From: Desulfomonilia bacterium
GTDB lineage: Bacteria > Desulfobacterota > Desulfomonilia > UBA1062
Assembly: GCA_963664325.2 (NCBI GenBank)
Contig: CAXXDQ010000003.1
Span: 448,001-512,000 of the forward strand
DNA length: 64,000 bases
Direction of reading: 5' to 3'
Numbering within the stretch: position 1 is the stretch's first letter; the number at the start of each line of letters is the position of its first letter. The position numbers were made by a program, and so were the translations under genes. Below the pieces are notes generated by a model that was given only the letters and a program-made list of their open reading frames with translations, was not told the DNA's origin and ran no database searches. Positions 1 to 10,966 of this stretch are shown piece after piece.

Positions 1-1191
1 GTTTTTATCGGTAGCGACAGCCATGATGGTTACGGCATCCCACCCCATAAGCCGCATGAAGTTCATTGACCAGCTGTTCCTGCCTCTGTGCGGCCATACA
101 GGTTTTCCCACCTCAATGTCTCTTTTTATGATTTCACGTGTTTCATAATCGGAGATTTTTTCAAGTATGTCCTGTTTGCCTCCGACAAGAGTCCAAGGCG
201 GAAAGAATGCAAACAGGTGTGTGAACCCAGCGGTTGTGGGCATGATATCCAATGTGACATTTCCGCCCTTCTTGCGTTCATTTTCGAACAAACCGAGAAT
301 GCGATTCATTTCCATGTCCAGCAATGCCTTTGGGACAATCTTTGTTGCCAGGTCAGCATTTTTTGCTAGCCACTTGAGGCCTTTCAGGGCCAGGTTGTGG
401 AAAGGGCCAGCCCAGGGTACTGAAAATATATGCGCCGAATGGGTGTGTATCCCGCATCTTCGTGAGATTTCACCAAGTTCTCCAACGGCCTGGGGCATTG
501 TTGATGCAGTGTAGGACCTGAGATGGCTGGCATGGATGCCGTTATATCCGGCAAGCGGTTTTGATAGTTCGATTAGTTCTTCAGTGTCTGAATTGAGACC
601 AGGTGCATATTGAAGACCGGATGACAGCCCGAAACAACCCGCTTCCATACTGTCTATCAATTGATTCTTCATATGCTCGAGTTCTGATTTTTCAAGCAGG
701 CGGTTATTTATCCCGGAAGCGCTTATCCGTAGAATCCCATGGGGAACCAGCAGCGCCATGTTTGTAAGGAGTCCCCTCTTTTCAACGAATTCCATGAAAC
801 TGGCTGCATTGTTCCATTTGATGTCATTATCGTAATCCATTTGCGTGAATACTTCGAGATAGGCCTTGAGTCCTTCAACGTTTTCCTTGCCCAGCGGTGC
901 GAGACCGATGCCGCAATGGCCGCCAACAAATGTAGTAATTCCCTGTTTTACCAGCGGTGAAAGAATGTCCTCGAAATCATCCTTGAACAGAGCCAGGTCA
1001 GCATGCGAATGACAGTCGATAAAACCCGGGCAGACAGTTTTTCCTTCAGCATTTATCCTGCGGTTTGCTTGAGTGCCTTTAAGGTTTCCGATAGACTCGA
1101 TCAAGCAGCCATTGATTCCTATATCGGCTTTATAAGAGGGTTTTCCTGAGCCATCTGCAACTGTTGCATTCTCTATGATAAGGTCAAGCAT
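1..1191 (-). CDS. N-acyl-D-amino-acid deacylase / amidohydrolase family protein (3' end runs off the window)
   Basis: Not in the ORF track, consistent with no stop inside the window. Manual translation from ATG 1191: MLDLIIENATVADGSGKPSYKADIGI...GKTVCPGFIDCHSHADL...QGITTFVGGHCG, with the amidohydrolase PGFIDxHxH motif. RBS GAGGAG upstream. Confidence 0.88.
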   Translation of the reverse strand, partial: MLDLIIENATVADGSGKPSYKADIGINGCLIESIGNLKGTQANRRINAEGKTVCPGFIDCHSHADLALFKDDFEDILSPLVKQGITTFVGGHCGIGLAPLGKENVEGLKAYLEVFTQMDYDNDIKWNNAASFMEFVEKRGLLTNMALLVPHGILRISASGINNRLLEKSELEHMKNQLIDSMEAGCFGLSSGLQYAPGLNSDTEELIELSKPLAGYNGIHASHLRSYTASTMPQAVGELGEISRRCGIHTHSAHIFSVPWAGPFHNLALKGLKWLAKNADLATKIVPKALLDMEMNRILGLFENERKKGGNVTLDIMPTTAGFTHLFAFFPPWTLVGGKQDILEKISDYETREIIKRDIEVGKPVWPHRGRNSWSMNFMRLMGWDAVTIMAVATDKN

Positions 1192-1319
1192 AATATGACT
1201 CCTCAAATATTTCATGAATACAAAAAGCTCGGATAAGTATATTTCAGTTGCATATAAAAGGCAATGAATTAACATTAAACCAATATATGTAAGTATCAGA
1301 AATTGTAGGTGGAGGCTGA

Positions 1320-2666
1320 ATGGCAATGAAGAAAAAAATAATCCTAATAGGAGCAGGTGACCGCGGTCAGGTATATGCATCATATGTTCTTAAAAATCAG
1401 GATAAACTCAGCATTGTCGCCATTGCAGATCCAAACACAGCGAGAAGGAATAAGGTGGCAAGAGATCATGGTATAGGGCCCTCAAACCGGTTCGAATCAT
1501 GGGAAGAGATTCTGTCTCAGCCCCAAATGGCGGATGGGGCGATAATCGCTACACAGGATAATCTGCATGTAGAACCTGCAGTAAAAGCACTGGAACTGGG
1601 GTATGAGGTCCTGCTTGAAAAACCTATGGCTCTTACAAGGAAAGACTGTGAAATTCTTGTTGAAACTTCAAAAAAGACGGGTCGAACGCTTAATGTCTGC
1701 CATGTACTCAGATACACAGATTTTTTTTCAAAAATTAAATCCATAATAGGAAATGATATTATAGGAAATGTTTACACAATATTCCATGCGGAAAACGTTG
1801 CTTATTATCACATGGCCCATTCATATGTTCGTGGAAACTGGAGAAACGTTAAACAGTCGTCACCCATGATACTTGCCAAATGCTGCCATGACCTTGACCT
1901 GATTGCATGGTTTGCTGATTCAAGCCCGAAAAGAATAAATTCAGTCGGACAGTTAAGTCATTTCAGGCCTGAAAGTGCACCCTCGGGAGCTCCCGGACGA
2001 TGCACAGACGGTTGTCCTGTCGAAAAGGAATGCATGTACAACGCAGTTGACACATACCTATACGGAAAACATCTAAAACTTGCCTTGGCAAAGGAGGGGC
2101 CTGCAGCAATAGCTCTGGCAGCCAGTATAATGCTGAAATATCCTGAGATGTCACGCTTTATACCTGTGCTCAAGCAATATTTTATCTGGAAGGAATGGCC
2201 AACCAGTACAATCACGGATGATCTTTCAAGAGAAGGTATAATGAAGGCTTTAAAGAATGGACCTTATGGCAAATGTGTATATTTTTGCGATAATGATCAG
2301 GTAGACCATCAAGAAACGACAATTGAGTTTGAGAATGGTATTACGGCCATTCTTAGAATGCACGGGCATTCGGAGATTGAAGGAAGGACTATACGCATTG
2401 ACGGCAGTAAAGGAACACTGAAAGGAAAATTCGGAGGAAATACCGGGCTTGATGTTCATATTCATGCCACCGGAAAAAAAATTACTTACCCGCTGAAGGC
2501 GGATATACTAGGTCACTCTGAGGGTGATAATAGAATAATGGATAATTTCTTACAGGTACTTAATGGAGGGAAGAGCCGGACCGATGCGGCAGAGTCGTTT
2601 GTCAGTCATAATATGGCTTTTGCCGCACATGATTCAAGGATTTCAAATAAGGTGGTGGAACTGTGA
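1320..2666 (+). CDS. Gfo/Idh/MocA family NAD(P)-dependent oxidoreductase
   Basis: IGAGDRG Rossmann motif, LLEKPMA, KCCHDLD; RBS GGAGG. Confidence 0.9.
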   Translation: MAMKKKIILIGAGDRGQVYASYVLKNQDKLSIVAIADPNTARRNKVARDHGIGPSNRFESWEEILSQPQMADGAIIATQDNLHVEPAVKALELGYEVLLEKPMALTRKDCEILVETSKKTGRTLNVCHVLRYTDFFSKIKSIIGNDIIGNVYTIFHAENVAYYHMAHSYVRGNWRNVKQSSPMILAKCCHDLDLIAWFADSSPKRINSVGQLSHFRPESAPSGAPGRCTDGCPVEKECMYNAVDTYLYGKHLKLALAKEGPAAIALAASIMLKYPEMSRFIPVLKQYFIWKEWPTSTITDDLSREGIMKALKNGPYGKCVYFCDNDQVDHQETTIEFENGITAILRMHGHSEIEGRTIRIDGSKGTLKGKFGGNTGLDVHIHATGKKITYPLKADILGHSEGDNRIMDNFLQVLNGGKSRTDAAESFVSHNMAFAAHDSRISNKVVEL

Positions 2667-3316
2667 ATATAATATACCGCCGATGCACAAAAAATGACAT
2701 CAAAGACATATCAGAAATACTGTTCCGGACTGGCTTTATGGGAGAAGATCTAACTCCTACAGACCGCTTCAGGGATAAAAAACTGTTTGCCCTTGTCAAT
2801 ACCGATGGATATGTGCGGTTCGAAACGGAAAACGGATTTGTAGCTCAGGACAGAGATACAAAAAACATCCTTGGATACATAATCGGTACGGATAATACTA
2901 TCAGGTATGAAAAGAAATTTGCTTTGCGTATGTATTGGAGATTCGTTCTGCGTCTCTTTTTAGTTACTTGGTGGCGATACCCTGAGTCGTTCAGGACAAT
3001 CTTTTATTGGTTTTCCACTTATGAGACAAAATCAATTGAGCACCTTTACAATGATTATCCAGCCCATCTGCATATAAATATCCTGCCCGGCTATCAGCGC
3101 ATGGGTATCGGGAAGAAACTCATAGAAATGTTCTTATTGAATATGTCGTCCAAGGATGTTGCAGGAGTTCATCTCGGGACATCCAACTACAATTTGAAGG
3201 CTCTGCCATTTTATAAGAAAAACGGGTTTAATGTAATATTTGAAAAGGCAAATCAATTCTGGCCAAGAGTTGGAGGACAGGTTTCAATAATTTTCGGCAA
3301 GAAGCTTGAAATTTAA
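2663..3316 (+). CDS. GNAT family N-acetyltransferase
   Basis: YPAHLHINILPGYQRMGIGKKL (acetyl-CoA binding Q/RxxGxG) and ALPFYKKNGF; GTGA overlap with the upstream gene. Confidence 0.85.
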   Translation: MNIIYRRCTKNDIKDISEILFRTGFMGEDLTPTDRFRDKKLFALVNTDGYVRFETENGFVAQDRDTKNILGYIIGTDNTIRYEKKFALRMYWRFVLRLFLVTWWRYPESFRTIFYWFSTYETKSIEHLYNDYPAHLHINILPGYQRMGIGKKLIEMFLLNMSSKDVAGVHLGTSNYNLKALPFYKKNGFNVIFEKANQFWPRVGGQVSIIFGKKLEI

Positions 3317-3371
3317 TGACTTGTTTCACCTGTAAGACTGGAATTTGTATATTGTTGCATAAAGGTGCTGT

Positions 3372-3974
3372 TTGAATTATGAGCAACTTATGGAAAAAGA
3401 AGAGTTTGAGAAGGCCCTTGTAGAATTTGAAAAACTTGTCAGGAAAAAACTTCCTGCAATGATAAACATGACAATGGCGGCCAAAGACAACCGTGAATTA
3501 CAGAACAACTTCAATTATTTCATCGAAACACTTAAACGCATGAGGACCTCAATTACAAGGGAACTCGAAAGAGTTGCTAGACCCGCACAGAGGATGAGGT
3601 TCTTCAATACTGTTAACACTATGGAGTCACTATTAAGGTCAATGTACGGAAGGAACAGTGTACAGGAAAGGCTTAAGCAGAAGCAGCATAAAATGCATGA
3701 GCCTGTGACTTACGATACCGGTCAGGGATCGATTGACGGTGAAATACTAAATGTATTTAAAGACGGAGTTTTGCTTAAGACTATTGAAAAGATGCCTGTT
3801 GAAAAGGAAATCAACATTACACTCGGTGACGGCAGGAATGTACAGGGCAAAGTAATATGGTCTGTACCAGAAGAAAACGGCAGTGTTGAAACCGGAGTTA
3901 AACTCAATGAATTATCCGGCAATCTGAATGACAAATTGCACAGACTGATTGACGATAACACTGATACCCGGTGA
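3372..3974 (+). CDS. Helical N-terminus plus PilZ-like domain protein
   Basis: C-terminal pattern DGEILNVFKDGVLL...VQGKVIWS...GVKL resembles the PilZ beta-barrel; TTG start uncertain. Confidence 0.55.
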   Translation: MNYEQLMEKEEFEKALVEFEKLVRKKLPAMINMTMAAKDNRELQNNFNYFIETLKRMRTSITRELERVARPAQRMRFFNTVNTMESLLRSMYGRNSVQERLKQKQHKMHEPVTYDTGQGSIDGEILNVFKDGVLLKTIEKMPVEKEINITLGDGRNVQGKVIWSVPEENGSVETGVKLNELSGNLNDKLHRLIDDNTDTR

Positions 3975-4013
3975 CTTTGTTCTCATAATTATTCCGGCAT
4001 AAAGTAATATTCC

Positions 4014-5216
4014 ATGAAATTCAGAATTGAAACTCTTGGCTGCAAGGTAAATCAATATGAAAGCCAGCAGATAAGACAGGCCTTGTTGTCTACTGGTTAT
4101 ACTGAAGCATCTGACGGGGAACATGCAGAATTAACAATTGTTAATACATGCACGGTGACTCACCGTTCGGATTCTGATGCAAGAAAACTTTTAAGAAAGG
4201 GAATAGGCTCAGACAGGATTATTGTAACAGGATGCCTGGCAACAACAAGACCTCAAGAGATAAGGTCAATTTCGGATAAGATTACTATAGTATCAAAGGA
4301 CGATATTGAAAAAGTAACAGGGACTCCTTTGCCCAGGAATATTTCAGGCCTTTCAGGCCGGACCCGGGCATTTGTCAAGATTCAGGATGGCTGTTCGAAT
4401 TTCTGCACATTTTGCATTGTTCCTCTTGCCAGGGGGTGTCCTTCAAGCAGGTCTGGCAATGAAATTGTTGATGAGATAAACGGTCTTTTTATGAACGGAT
4501 GCAATGAAATTGTCCTATGCGGAATAAATCTCGGACTTTATGAAAATGGCTTTTCGACAATACTAAAACGTATCCTTATGGAAACCGACATGCCGAGAAT
4601 CCGTATAAGTTCCATTGAGCCATGGACAGTAAAACAGGACCTTGTTGAAGTTTTTTCAGAACCGCGAATTTGTGCCCATTTGCATATGCCGCTGCAAAGC
4701 GGGAGTAAAAAGATACTTGCAAAAATGGGAAGGCCGTATAATCCATCATATTTCAGCAGTCTTGTTGCGGATATACTCTCAATAAGACCAGAGACTGCCA
4801 TAGGTACTGATGTAATAGCCGGTTTTCCCGGTGAGAGCGAAGACGATTTTAAAGAGGGATTTATTTTTCTTGATAGCCTTCCGATTGCATATATGCATGT
4901 ATTTCCCTACTCAAAACGCCCCGGTACAAAAGCGGCGGAATTTAACGGGCAGGTTGAAGAAGCCGAAAAGAAGGGAAGGGCAAGACTTTTAAGAGAGCTG
5001 TCTCAAGGTAAAAGATTGGAATTTGTTCAAAGAAGAGCTGGGGATGTATGCGATGTTCTTGTAACTTCTTCGACAAATGGAATCTGCAAAGGGATTACCT
5101 CGAATTATATAACTGCTGTTTTTAATGGCAACACACCTGCCGGTGATATTGTTAAGGTGAGGCTTGAGAAGATGCAAGGCCGGCAGATGCAGATGAAAGG
5201 CATGCTTTATGGATAA
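4014..5216 (+). CDS. mtaB: tRNA (ms2t6A37) methylthiotransferase, radical SAM
   Basis: TLGCKVNQYES, VNTCTVT, KIQDGCSNFCTFC, HVFPYSKRPGT; C-terminal TRAM-like region. Confidence 0.88.
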   Translation: MKFRIETLGCKVNQYESQQIRQALLSTGYTEASDGEHAELTIVNTCTVTHRSDSDARKLLRKGIGSDRIIVTGCLATTRPQEIRSISDKITIVSKDDIEKVTGTPLPRNISGLSGRTRAFVKIQDGCSNFCTFCIVPLARGCPSSRSGNEIVDEINGLFMNGCNEIVLCGINLGLYENGFSTILKRILMETDMPRIRISSIEPWTVKQDLVEVFSEPRICAHLHMPLQSGSKKILAKMGRPYNPSYFSSLVADILSIRPETAIGTDVIAGFPGESEDDFKEGFIFLDSLPIAYMHVFPYSKRPGTKAAEFNGQVEEAEKKGRARLLRELSQGKRLEFVQRRAGDVCDVLVTSSTNGICKGITSNYITAVFNGNTPAGDIVKVRLEKMQGRQMQMKGMLYG

Positions 5217-6894
5217 CCGTGAAACCATAGCGCTATTGAATGACATGGCAAATGCACTGGAGTATCTTAATGAGCCTTTCAGGGCCAAGGCATACCAAAA
5301 GGCAGCCAATGCCATATCGAGTCTTAATGTACCGGTTGGAACATTGATTGCTGACGGGAGTCTTAGAAATATTTCCGGCATAGGTAAGGGAATATTCTCA
5401 ACGATCGCATCATGGGAACAAGGTGATTTTACGGGATTTGCAGATCTTACAGACAAGCTTCCGGCAGGACTGCCTGAACTACTTAAAGTCCCGGGGTTGG
5501 GAATAAAACGTATTAGGGAGCTTCAACTCAAAGGGATAGAGACCCTGGAAGATCTTAACACAGCCCTTGATAAAGGCAGAATATCAACTTTCAAGGGACT
5601 GACTCCTAGGTTTGAAGCCAGGATAAGAAAAGCAATAGGTGACATAATTGAGGGCAGAGGGCGCATTCTTTTAAACGTTGCTTATGACATAGCCATGCAT
5701 ATGAATGAAATTTTTCAAATGAACTCAATTGATGCCAGTATAACAGGGGAACTCAGAAGGACGGAAGAGACAATAAGTTCAATTGAATTTCTGATTTGCG
5801 ATATTAATGATGTTGAGCTGAAATTGAAAGAGATATTCGGTGACCAGATTGTTAAATCCGGTAAAATGTTGAGCATCAATCTTAGAAAGGCCCCTAAGAT
5901 AAATATTCATCTTACAGACAGGAAAATTCATGGTGTTTCCCTGTTCATTACAACCGGGTCAATCGGGCATATTGAAAAGATCAAAGAACATTCTTACCCT
6001 CGTGGTTATGAAATAAATGAGACAGGCATATTTAAAAATGGCATCCCTTGTTTTCCGGAGACTGAGAACGATCTGTATGAAATGATCGGTCTTACATATA
6101 TACCGCCTGAAACCAGGGAAGAAAACGGCGGAATAGAGTTTGCTTTAAAAAAGATATTCCCGGTTGTTATTAATAATGAAGATATTACTGGAACAATACA
6201 TAATCACACAACATACAGCGACGGCAGGGCATCTTTGACAGAAATGGCACAGGCGGCACAAGATATGGGATATAAATGGATCGGGATATCCGATCACAGC
6301 ATCACTGCACATTATGCGGGAGGTATGAATCAGAAGTCCCTGCTCAGGCAGATTGACGAGATTGATGCTTTAAATGCAAAAGCCGGGATTCAAATTCTTA
6401 AAGGAATTGAGTGTGATATTCAGCATGACGGATCACTCGATTACGGGTACGATATACTGAATTCGTTCGATTTCGTCATAGCCAGCATCCATACAAAAAT
6501 GGACATGGAAGAGGGCTTGATGACCCAGCGAATTATTACAGCTATCCGGAATCCTGCAACATCGATGCTTGCTCATCCCACGGGGAGACTGCTGCTTGCA
6601 AGAAGTCCGTACGATGTGGATATGGATGCAGTCCTTGAAGAATGCCTTATGAATAAAGTGATAGTTGAAATAAACGCCAATCCTCAAAGGCTTGATCTTG
6701 AATGGAGAAAAGTAAACGATTTTGTAACAGCCGGGGGCATGGTGGCCATAAGCCCCGATGCTCATGATACAACGGGGCTTAATGATATGCGATTCGGACT
6801 GATGATGGCAAGGAAAGCCATGGTTGAACCCGGTTCATGTATTAACTCTCTTTGTACAAAAGATGCACTTGATTGTCTGAAACGATATAAATAA
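5209..6894 (+). CDS. polX: DNA polymerase X family / PHP domain protein with a degenerate polymerase active site
   Basis: N-terminal 8-kDa domain (FRAKAYQKAA), HhH motifs GIGKG and VPGLGIKR, GELRR, YIPPETRE, PHP motifs HNHTTYSDG, SDHS, AHPTGR, SPDAH. Confidence 0.88.
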   Translation: MDNRETIALLNDMANALEYLNEPFRAKAYQKAANAISSLNVPVGTLIADGSLRNISGIGKGIFSTIASWEQGDFTGFADLTDKLPAGLPELLKVPGLGIKRIRELQLKGIETLEDLNTALDKGRISTFKGLTPRFEARIRKAIGDIIEGRGRILLNVAYDIAMHMNEIFQMNSIDASITGELRRTEETISSIEFLICDINDVELKLKEIFGDQIVKSGKMLSINLRKAPKINIHLTDRKIHGVSLFITTGSIGHIEKIKEHSYPRGYEINETGIFKNGIPCFPETENDLYEMIGLTYIPPETREENGGIEFALKKIFPVVINNEDITGTIHNHTTYSDGRASLTEMAQAAQDMGYKWIGISDHSITAHYAGGMNQKSLLRQIDEIDALNAKAGIQILKGIECDIQHDGSLDYGYDILNSFDFVIASIHTKMDMEEGLMTQRIITAIRNPATSMLAHPTGRLLLARSPYDVDMDAVLEECLMNKVIVEINANPQRLDLEWRKVNDFVTAGGMVAISPDAHDTTGLNDMRFGLMMARKAMVEPGSCINSLCTKDALDCLKRYK

Positions 6895-6947
6895 AACCTT
6901 GACGCCAGACTGTTGACTATAAAAGCCAGGTTATTATTTTAATTTAT

Positions 6948-7460
6948 ATGCACAAACGTACATTCATAGAGATGAGAGTCGCGGGCATTGCCCTGGATCC
7001 CTCCAACAATGCACCTATTGTACTTCTGAGCGATGTGAACAACAAATCATTCCTGCCGATCTGGATAGGAGTTCTGGAAGCCAGTTCAATTGCTGCCGCC
7101 CTTGAAGGTGTAAAGCTGGACAGGCCTATGACTCACGATCTTTTATGTTCAATGGTGGAGTCTCTCGGCGCCAGGGTTGTGAAGGTTGAGATTGTCGACC
7201 TGAAGCAGAATATCTATTTTGCAGACATTGTTATTGAACGCTCCGGAGAGGTCAAGTCTATTGACTCAAGACCTTCTGATGCTATTGCAGTAGCATTGAG
7301 AACGCATGCCAGAATTTTTGTTTCGAGCCATGTAATCAAGGAAGCATCTGACGAAGATATGCTGTCACAGGGTATACTCGGATTTGAACAGAACAGGGAC
7401 AAACTTCAGGATATCCTTGAACGAATGGGTCCGGAGGATTTTGGAAAATTCAGGGCGTGA
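6948..7460 (+). CDS. Bifunctional nuclease family protein (DUF151)
   Basis: LPIWIGVLEA, RPMTHDL, IDSRPSDAIAVA. Confidence 0.9.
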   Translation: MHKRTFIEMRVAGIALDPSNNAPIVLLSDVNNKSFLPIWIGVLEASSIAAALEGVKLDRPMTHDLLCSMVESLGARVVKVEIVDLKQNIYFADIVIERSGEVKSIDSRPSDAIAVALRTHARIFVSSHVIKEASDEDMLSQGILGFEQNRDKLQDILERMGPEDFGKFRA

Positions 7461-7465
7461 AACAA

Positions 7466-7501
7466 GGCTTCTTCTCTGCCGTCAGGCCGGAAAGAAGCTT
7501 C
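7466..7501. terminator. Putative bidirectional terminator between the convergent DUF151 gene and rpoD
   Basis: Imperfect hairpin GGCTTCTT-ctctgccgtcaggccgga-AAGAAGCT. Confidence 0.5.
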
Positions 7502-9229
7502 TCAGTTGTCAATAAAAGACCTGAGCTTCTTTGAGCGTACAGGATGCCTGAGTTTTCTCAAAGCTTTTGCCTCAATCTGCCGGATTCTTTCACGCGTAAC
7601 GGTGAAATCCTTTCCAACCTCTTCAAGTGTATGGTCAGATTTCTCACCTATGCCGAAACGCATACGCAGAACCTTTTCTTCTCTAGGCGTAAGTGTTGCA
7701 AGCACCCGTCTTGACTGTTCGGAAAGGTTTTTGGCGATAATCGCCTCTGCCGGGGACGGCACTTTCTTGTCTTCAATGAAATCTCCGAGATGTGAGTCTT
7801 CTTCTTCGCCTATAGGAGTCTCAAGGGATATGGGCTCTTTGGCGATCTTCAGAATTTTTCTTACCTTGTGCTCGGGATATTCCATCTTTTCGGCTATTTC
7901 TTCAGGTGTGGGTTCTCTTCCGAGTTCCTGGACCAGGGCCCTTGAAGTCCTGATGAGCTTGTTTATTGTCTCGATCATGTGCACGGGAATCCTGATTGTC
8001 CTGGCCTGATCCGCTATAGCCCTTGTAATGGCCTGCCGTATCCACCATGTGGCATATGTTGAGAATTTGTAGCCGCGTCTGTATTCAAACTTCTCAACCG
8101 CTTTCATAAGTCCGATATTGCCTTCCTGTATGAGATCAAGGAATTGCAGCCCGCGGTTAACATATTTTTTTGCTATGCTTACAACAAGCCTCAGGTTGGC
8201 CTGGATAAGTTCTGTCTTTGCCGCATTTGTTTTCAATTCCGCATCTTCGAGAACTCTTACGGCCTTTTTCAAACCCTGTGCTGTAAGGCCGCCTTCAATC
8301 TCTATCTTCTTTATCTCCTTTCGAAGCAGAGACAGGTCTGCAGCAACCAGACAGAATTCATCGGCCGAAATGGACTGGTTAGCCAAAAAATCATCGTGAT
8401 CACGGTCACCCTCTTGTATCGTATGGTATATATCCAGGATATCTTCACAGCAGATTCCAAAACGGTTTTCATAACATAGTATGCGGTATTCTCTTGATTC
8501 GAGCTGTTTCTTCAAATCCTTCAACCTTCTTCCGAATCCGTCAATTTGTTCGGGAACGAACTTGATCTCATTGATAAGCCTGACGATTTCACGGCTTACC
8601 TTGGCCATTTCATTTTTTATCTTCTCTCGCCGGTTTTTCGGTGCACGGAAAAGTTTGGATTTAAGTACCTTGATCTGCGCTTGATTGGCCTCTATGGTTT
8701 TAATAATGTCTAATGTCTTCTGTCTGGCAGGGTGTTCCTCAAGTTCGATCTCATTTTCAACGTTAAATATATCTTCAAGATCGATTACATCTTTAAGACG
8801 GATATTCCCGGTTTTAAGCATTACACCGATACTTATTACCTCTTTAACCGTGACCGGTGAGTTAATGATTACATTAAGGATCTGTCTTTGTCCGGCCTCG
8901 ATACGTTTTGCAATCTCGGTTTCGTCTTCCCTTGAAAGCAATGAGACCGATCCCATTTCATGAAGGTACATCCTTACCGGGTCAGGGGCTCTGAATGCCG
9001 CCCCTTCATCCGGAATTTCAATCTCTTCTTCAGTATCAAATTCCGGTTCGGTTTCAGAGACTTTAATCTCCTTATCCGAAAACATGTCCATGACATCTTC
9101 AAGATCATCAGGAGTCAAGACATCTTCAGGCAGGGATTCATTTGAGGGTTCTTCGAAAATGAACTCTTTAGGCTTGCCCATTGTTACAAATTTCTGAACA
9201 TCTTTTTTAAATGCCTTCTTATCGGTCAT
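7502..9229 (-). CDS. rpoD: RNA polymerase primary sigma factor RpoD
   Basis: [60 protein letters not shown]. Confidence 0.98.
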   Translation of the reverse strand: MTDKKAFKKDVQKFVTMGKPKEFIFEEPSNESLPEDVLTPDDLEDVMDMFSDKEIKVSETEPEFDTEEEIEIPDEGAAFRAPDPVRMYLHEMGSVSLLSREDETEIAKRIEAGQRQILNVIINSPVTVKEVISIGVMLKTGNIRLKDVIDLEDIFNVENEIELEEHPARQKTLDIIKTIEANQAQIKVLKSKLFRAPKNRREKIKNEMAKVSREIVRLINEIKFVPEQIDGFGRRLKDLKKQLESREYRILCYENRFGICCEDILDIYHTIQEGDRDHDDFLANQSISADEFCLVAADLSLLRKEIKKIEIEGGLTAQGLKKAVRVLEDAELKTNAAKTELIQANLRLVVSIAKKYVNRGLQFLDLIQEGNIGLMKAVEKFEYRRGYKFSTYATWWIRQAITRAIADQARTIRIPVHMIETINKLIRTSRALVQELGREPTPEEIAEKMEYPEHKVRKILKIAKEPISLETPIGEEEDSHLGDFIEDKKVPSPAEAIIAKNLSEQSRRVLATLTPREEKVLRMRFGIGEKSDHTLEEVGKDFTVTRERIRQIEAKALRKLRHPVRSKKLRSFIDN

Positions 9230-10964
9230 TTTTTCCCAGAGCCTCCATTATATATTGAGGAATATTTTTTCTCTCTTCCACTAGAAATTTTCTTCTGGAA
9301 AGTAGTTTGAACTGCTGTTCTTTTTCAACCCCTGCTGTCATGTACTGCAATTCTTTCAATTCTCTGTCCACTTCTTTCAATTCTTTGTCATACGGCTTGG
9401 CCAGCATTCTGCCTGCAATATCAAACAATGCTTTTTTTCTGTCACCTTCTATACCGGGCATTCCTAACAGTTTCTGTGCAGTAGCTTTTACTTTTTCAGG
9501 ACAGTCTGCGTGATTTTCTATGCAATTTCCGTGCTCAAGAACCCATTCTGCAAGCAAGGAAATATCTTCATCCCTTAACTCTTTAACCAAGTTGAAAACG
9601 CTTAGTATTTTTACAGCATCTGTGTCAAGAAGGATAAGTTTGCCAAACATGTTTTCAAGGGGATCATGTTGAATCGTAACGGTTTCATTGATTTTAACAT
9701 CCCCTTTTCCGCGTATCAATCTGGATATCGTATCTCTCTTAATGCCTGTGCGCTCCGAAAGTCTTTCCTCAAGCATGTCCCTGAGGACCATGTCTTTTAC
9801 TTTTGTAATAGTCTGTGTGAGTTCTGTAAGTATGGCTTTTTTCCCTTCCATCTTTGATGCATTGTGCTTTTTAAAGGATTCATCAAATATAAAGTCCCAT
9901 ATGGTAACTGCCTCATCCAAAATTGCATTCCACCTATTAATATCCTTTCTTGCCAGGTCGTCAGGATCCATTCCCTCCGGCAGGATTGCTACCCTGGGTA
10001 TAATATCAGTTGACAAAAACTGTTCCAGCGCCCTGTAAGTCGCATTTCTCCCTGCGGCATCACCGTCAAAGACAAGGGTAATCGAATTCGTGAACCTTTT
10101 GAGAAGCCTGACATGATCTTCGCTGAAGGATGTTCCCAGAGCGGCAACAGCCCTTAAGAAACCTGCATTGGCAAGGGATACTACATCCATATACCCTTCA
10201 ACGACCACCACTCCCTGACTCTTAATAAGATTTCGCGCATTGTTGAGGTTATAAAGAACCCGCTTTTTTTCAAATGCAGGCGTTTCAGGGCTGTTCAAAT
10301 ACTTCGGCTCACTGCCGTCCAGCACTCTTCCACCGAACGCTACAACCTCTCCTCCCCTGTCAATGATGGGGAACATCAACCGGTTTCTGAACCTGTCGTA
10401 GTATCCGCCGGATTTTCTTTCAACCGTAAGGCCGGCTTTGAATGCAATCTCTTCGGATATGCCGTTTTTCTTGAGGTGAAGAATAAGTGAATCCCATCCC
10501 TCAGGCGCATATCCGATTGAAAAAGTTCTGATTGTTTCATCCTTAATTCCTCGGGCCTTTATGTAATCAGACGCAATTGCACCATTTGGAGATTTGAGCA
10601 TTGAGACAAAAAAATTCATGGCAATGCGGCCGGCATCATATATTGCTTTTATCTCGCTTCTGTTTTGCCTGGTTTCCCGTTCGGGACGTTCAATTCCTGC
10701 CTTCTCGCAAAGCTCATCAACAGCTTCACGGTAATTGAGTCCCTTAGTTTTGATGACAAAATCAATTACATTGCCATTTTCCTTGCAGCCGAAACAGTAG
10801 AACATCTGCTTGGGCTGGTCCACGGAAAATGAAGGCGCACTTTCCTTGTGGAAGGGGCACAGACCCCAGTACTTGCCTCCCCTTTTCTTGAGAGTGACAT
10901 GTTCTGAGACGACATCAACGATATCGTAATGAGACAGGATCCTGTCCTTTAAATCCTGCTGCAT
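9219..10964 (-). CDS. dnaG: DNA primase
   Basis: CPFHKE...CFGC zinc finger, [34 protein letters not shown] (TOPRIM). Confidence 0.97.
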   Translation of the reverse strand: MQQDLKDRILSHYDIVDVVSEHVTLKKRGGKYWGLCPFHKESAPSFSVDQPKQMFYCFGCKENGNVIDFVIKTKGLNYREAVDELCEKAGIERPERETRQNRSEIKAIYDAGRIAMNFFVSMLKSPNGAIASDYIKARGIKDETIRTFSIGYAPEGWDSLILHLKKNGISEEIAFKAGLTVERKSGGYYDRFRNRLMFPIIDRGGEVVAFGGRVLDGSEPKYLNSPETPAFEKKRVLYNLNNARNLIKSQGVVVVEGYMDVVSLANAGFLRAVAALGTSFSEDHVRLLKRFTNSITLVFDGDAAGRNATYRALEQFLSTDIIPRVAILPEGMDPDDLARKDINRWNAILDEAVTIWDFIFDESFKKHNASKMEGKKAILTELTQTITKVKDMVLRDMLEERLSERTGIKRDTISRLIRGKGDVKINETVTIQHDPLENMFGKLILLDTDAVKILSVFNLVKELRDEDISLLAEWVLEHGNCIENHADCPEKVKATAQKLLGMPGIEGDRKKALFDIAGRMLAKPYDKELKEVDRELKELQYMTAGVEKEQQFKLLSRRKFLVEERKNIPQYIMEALGKNDR

Positions 10965-10966
10965 TC

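Noticed and set aside
88-960. Short tracked ORFs at 88-369, 167-514, 723-929 and 739-960
   Set aside because: They are shadows of the minus-strand amidohydrolase gene (1-1191).
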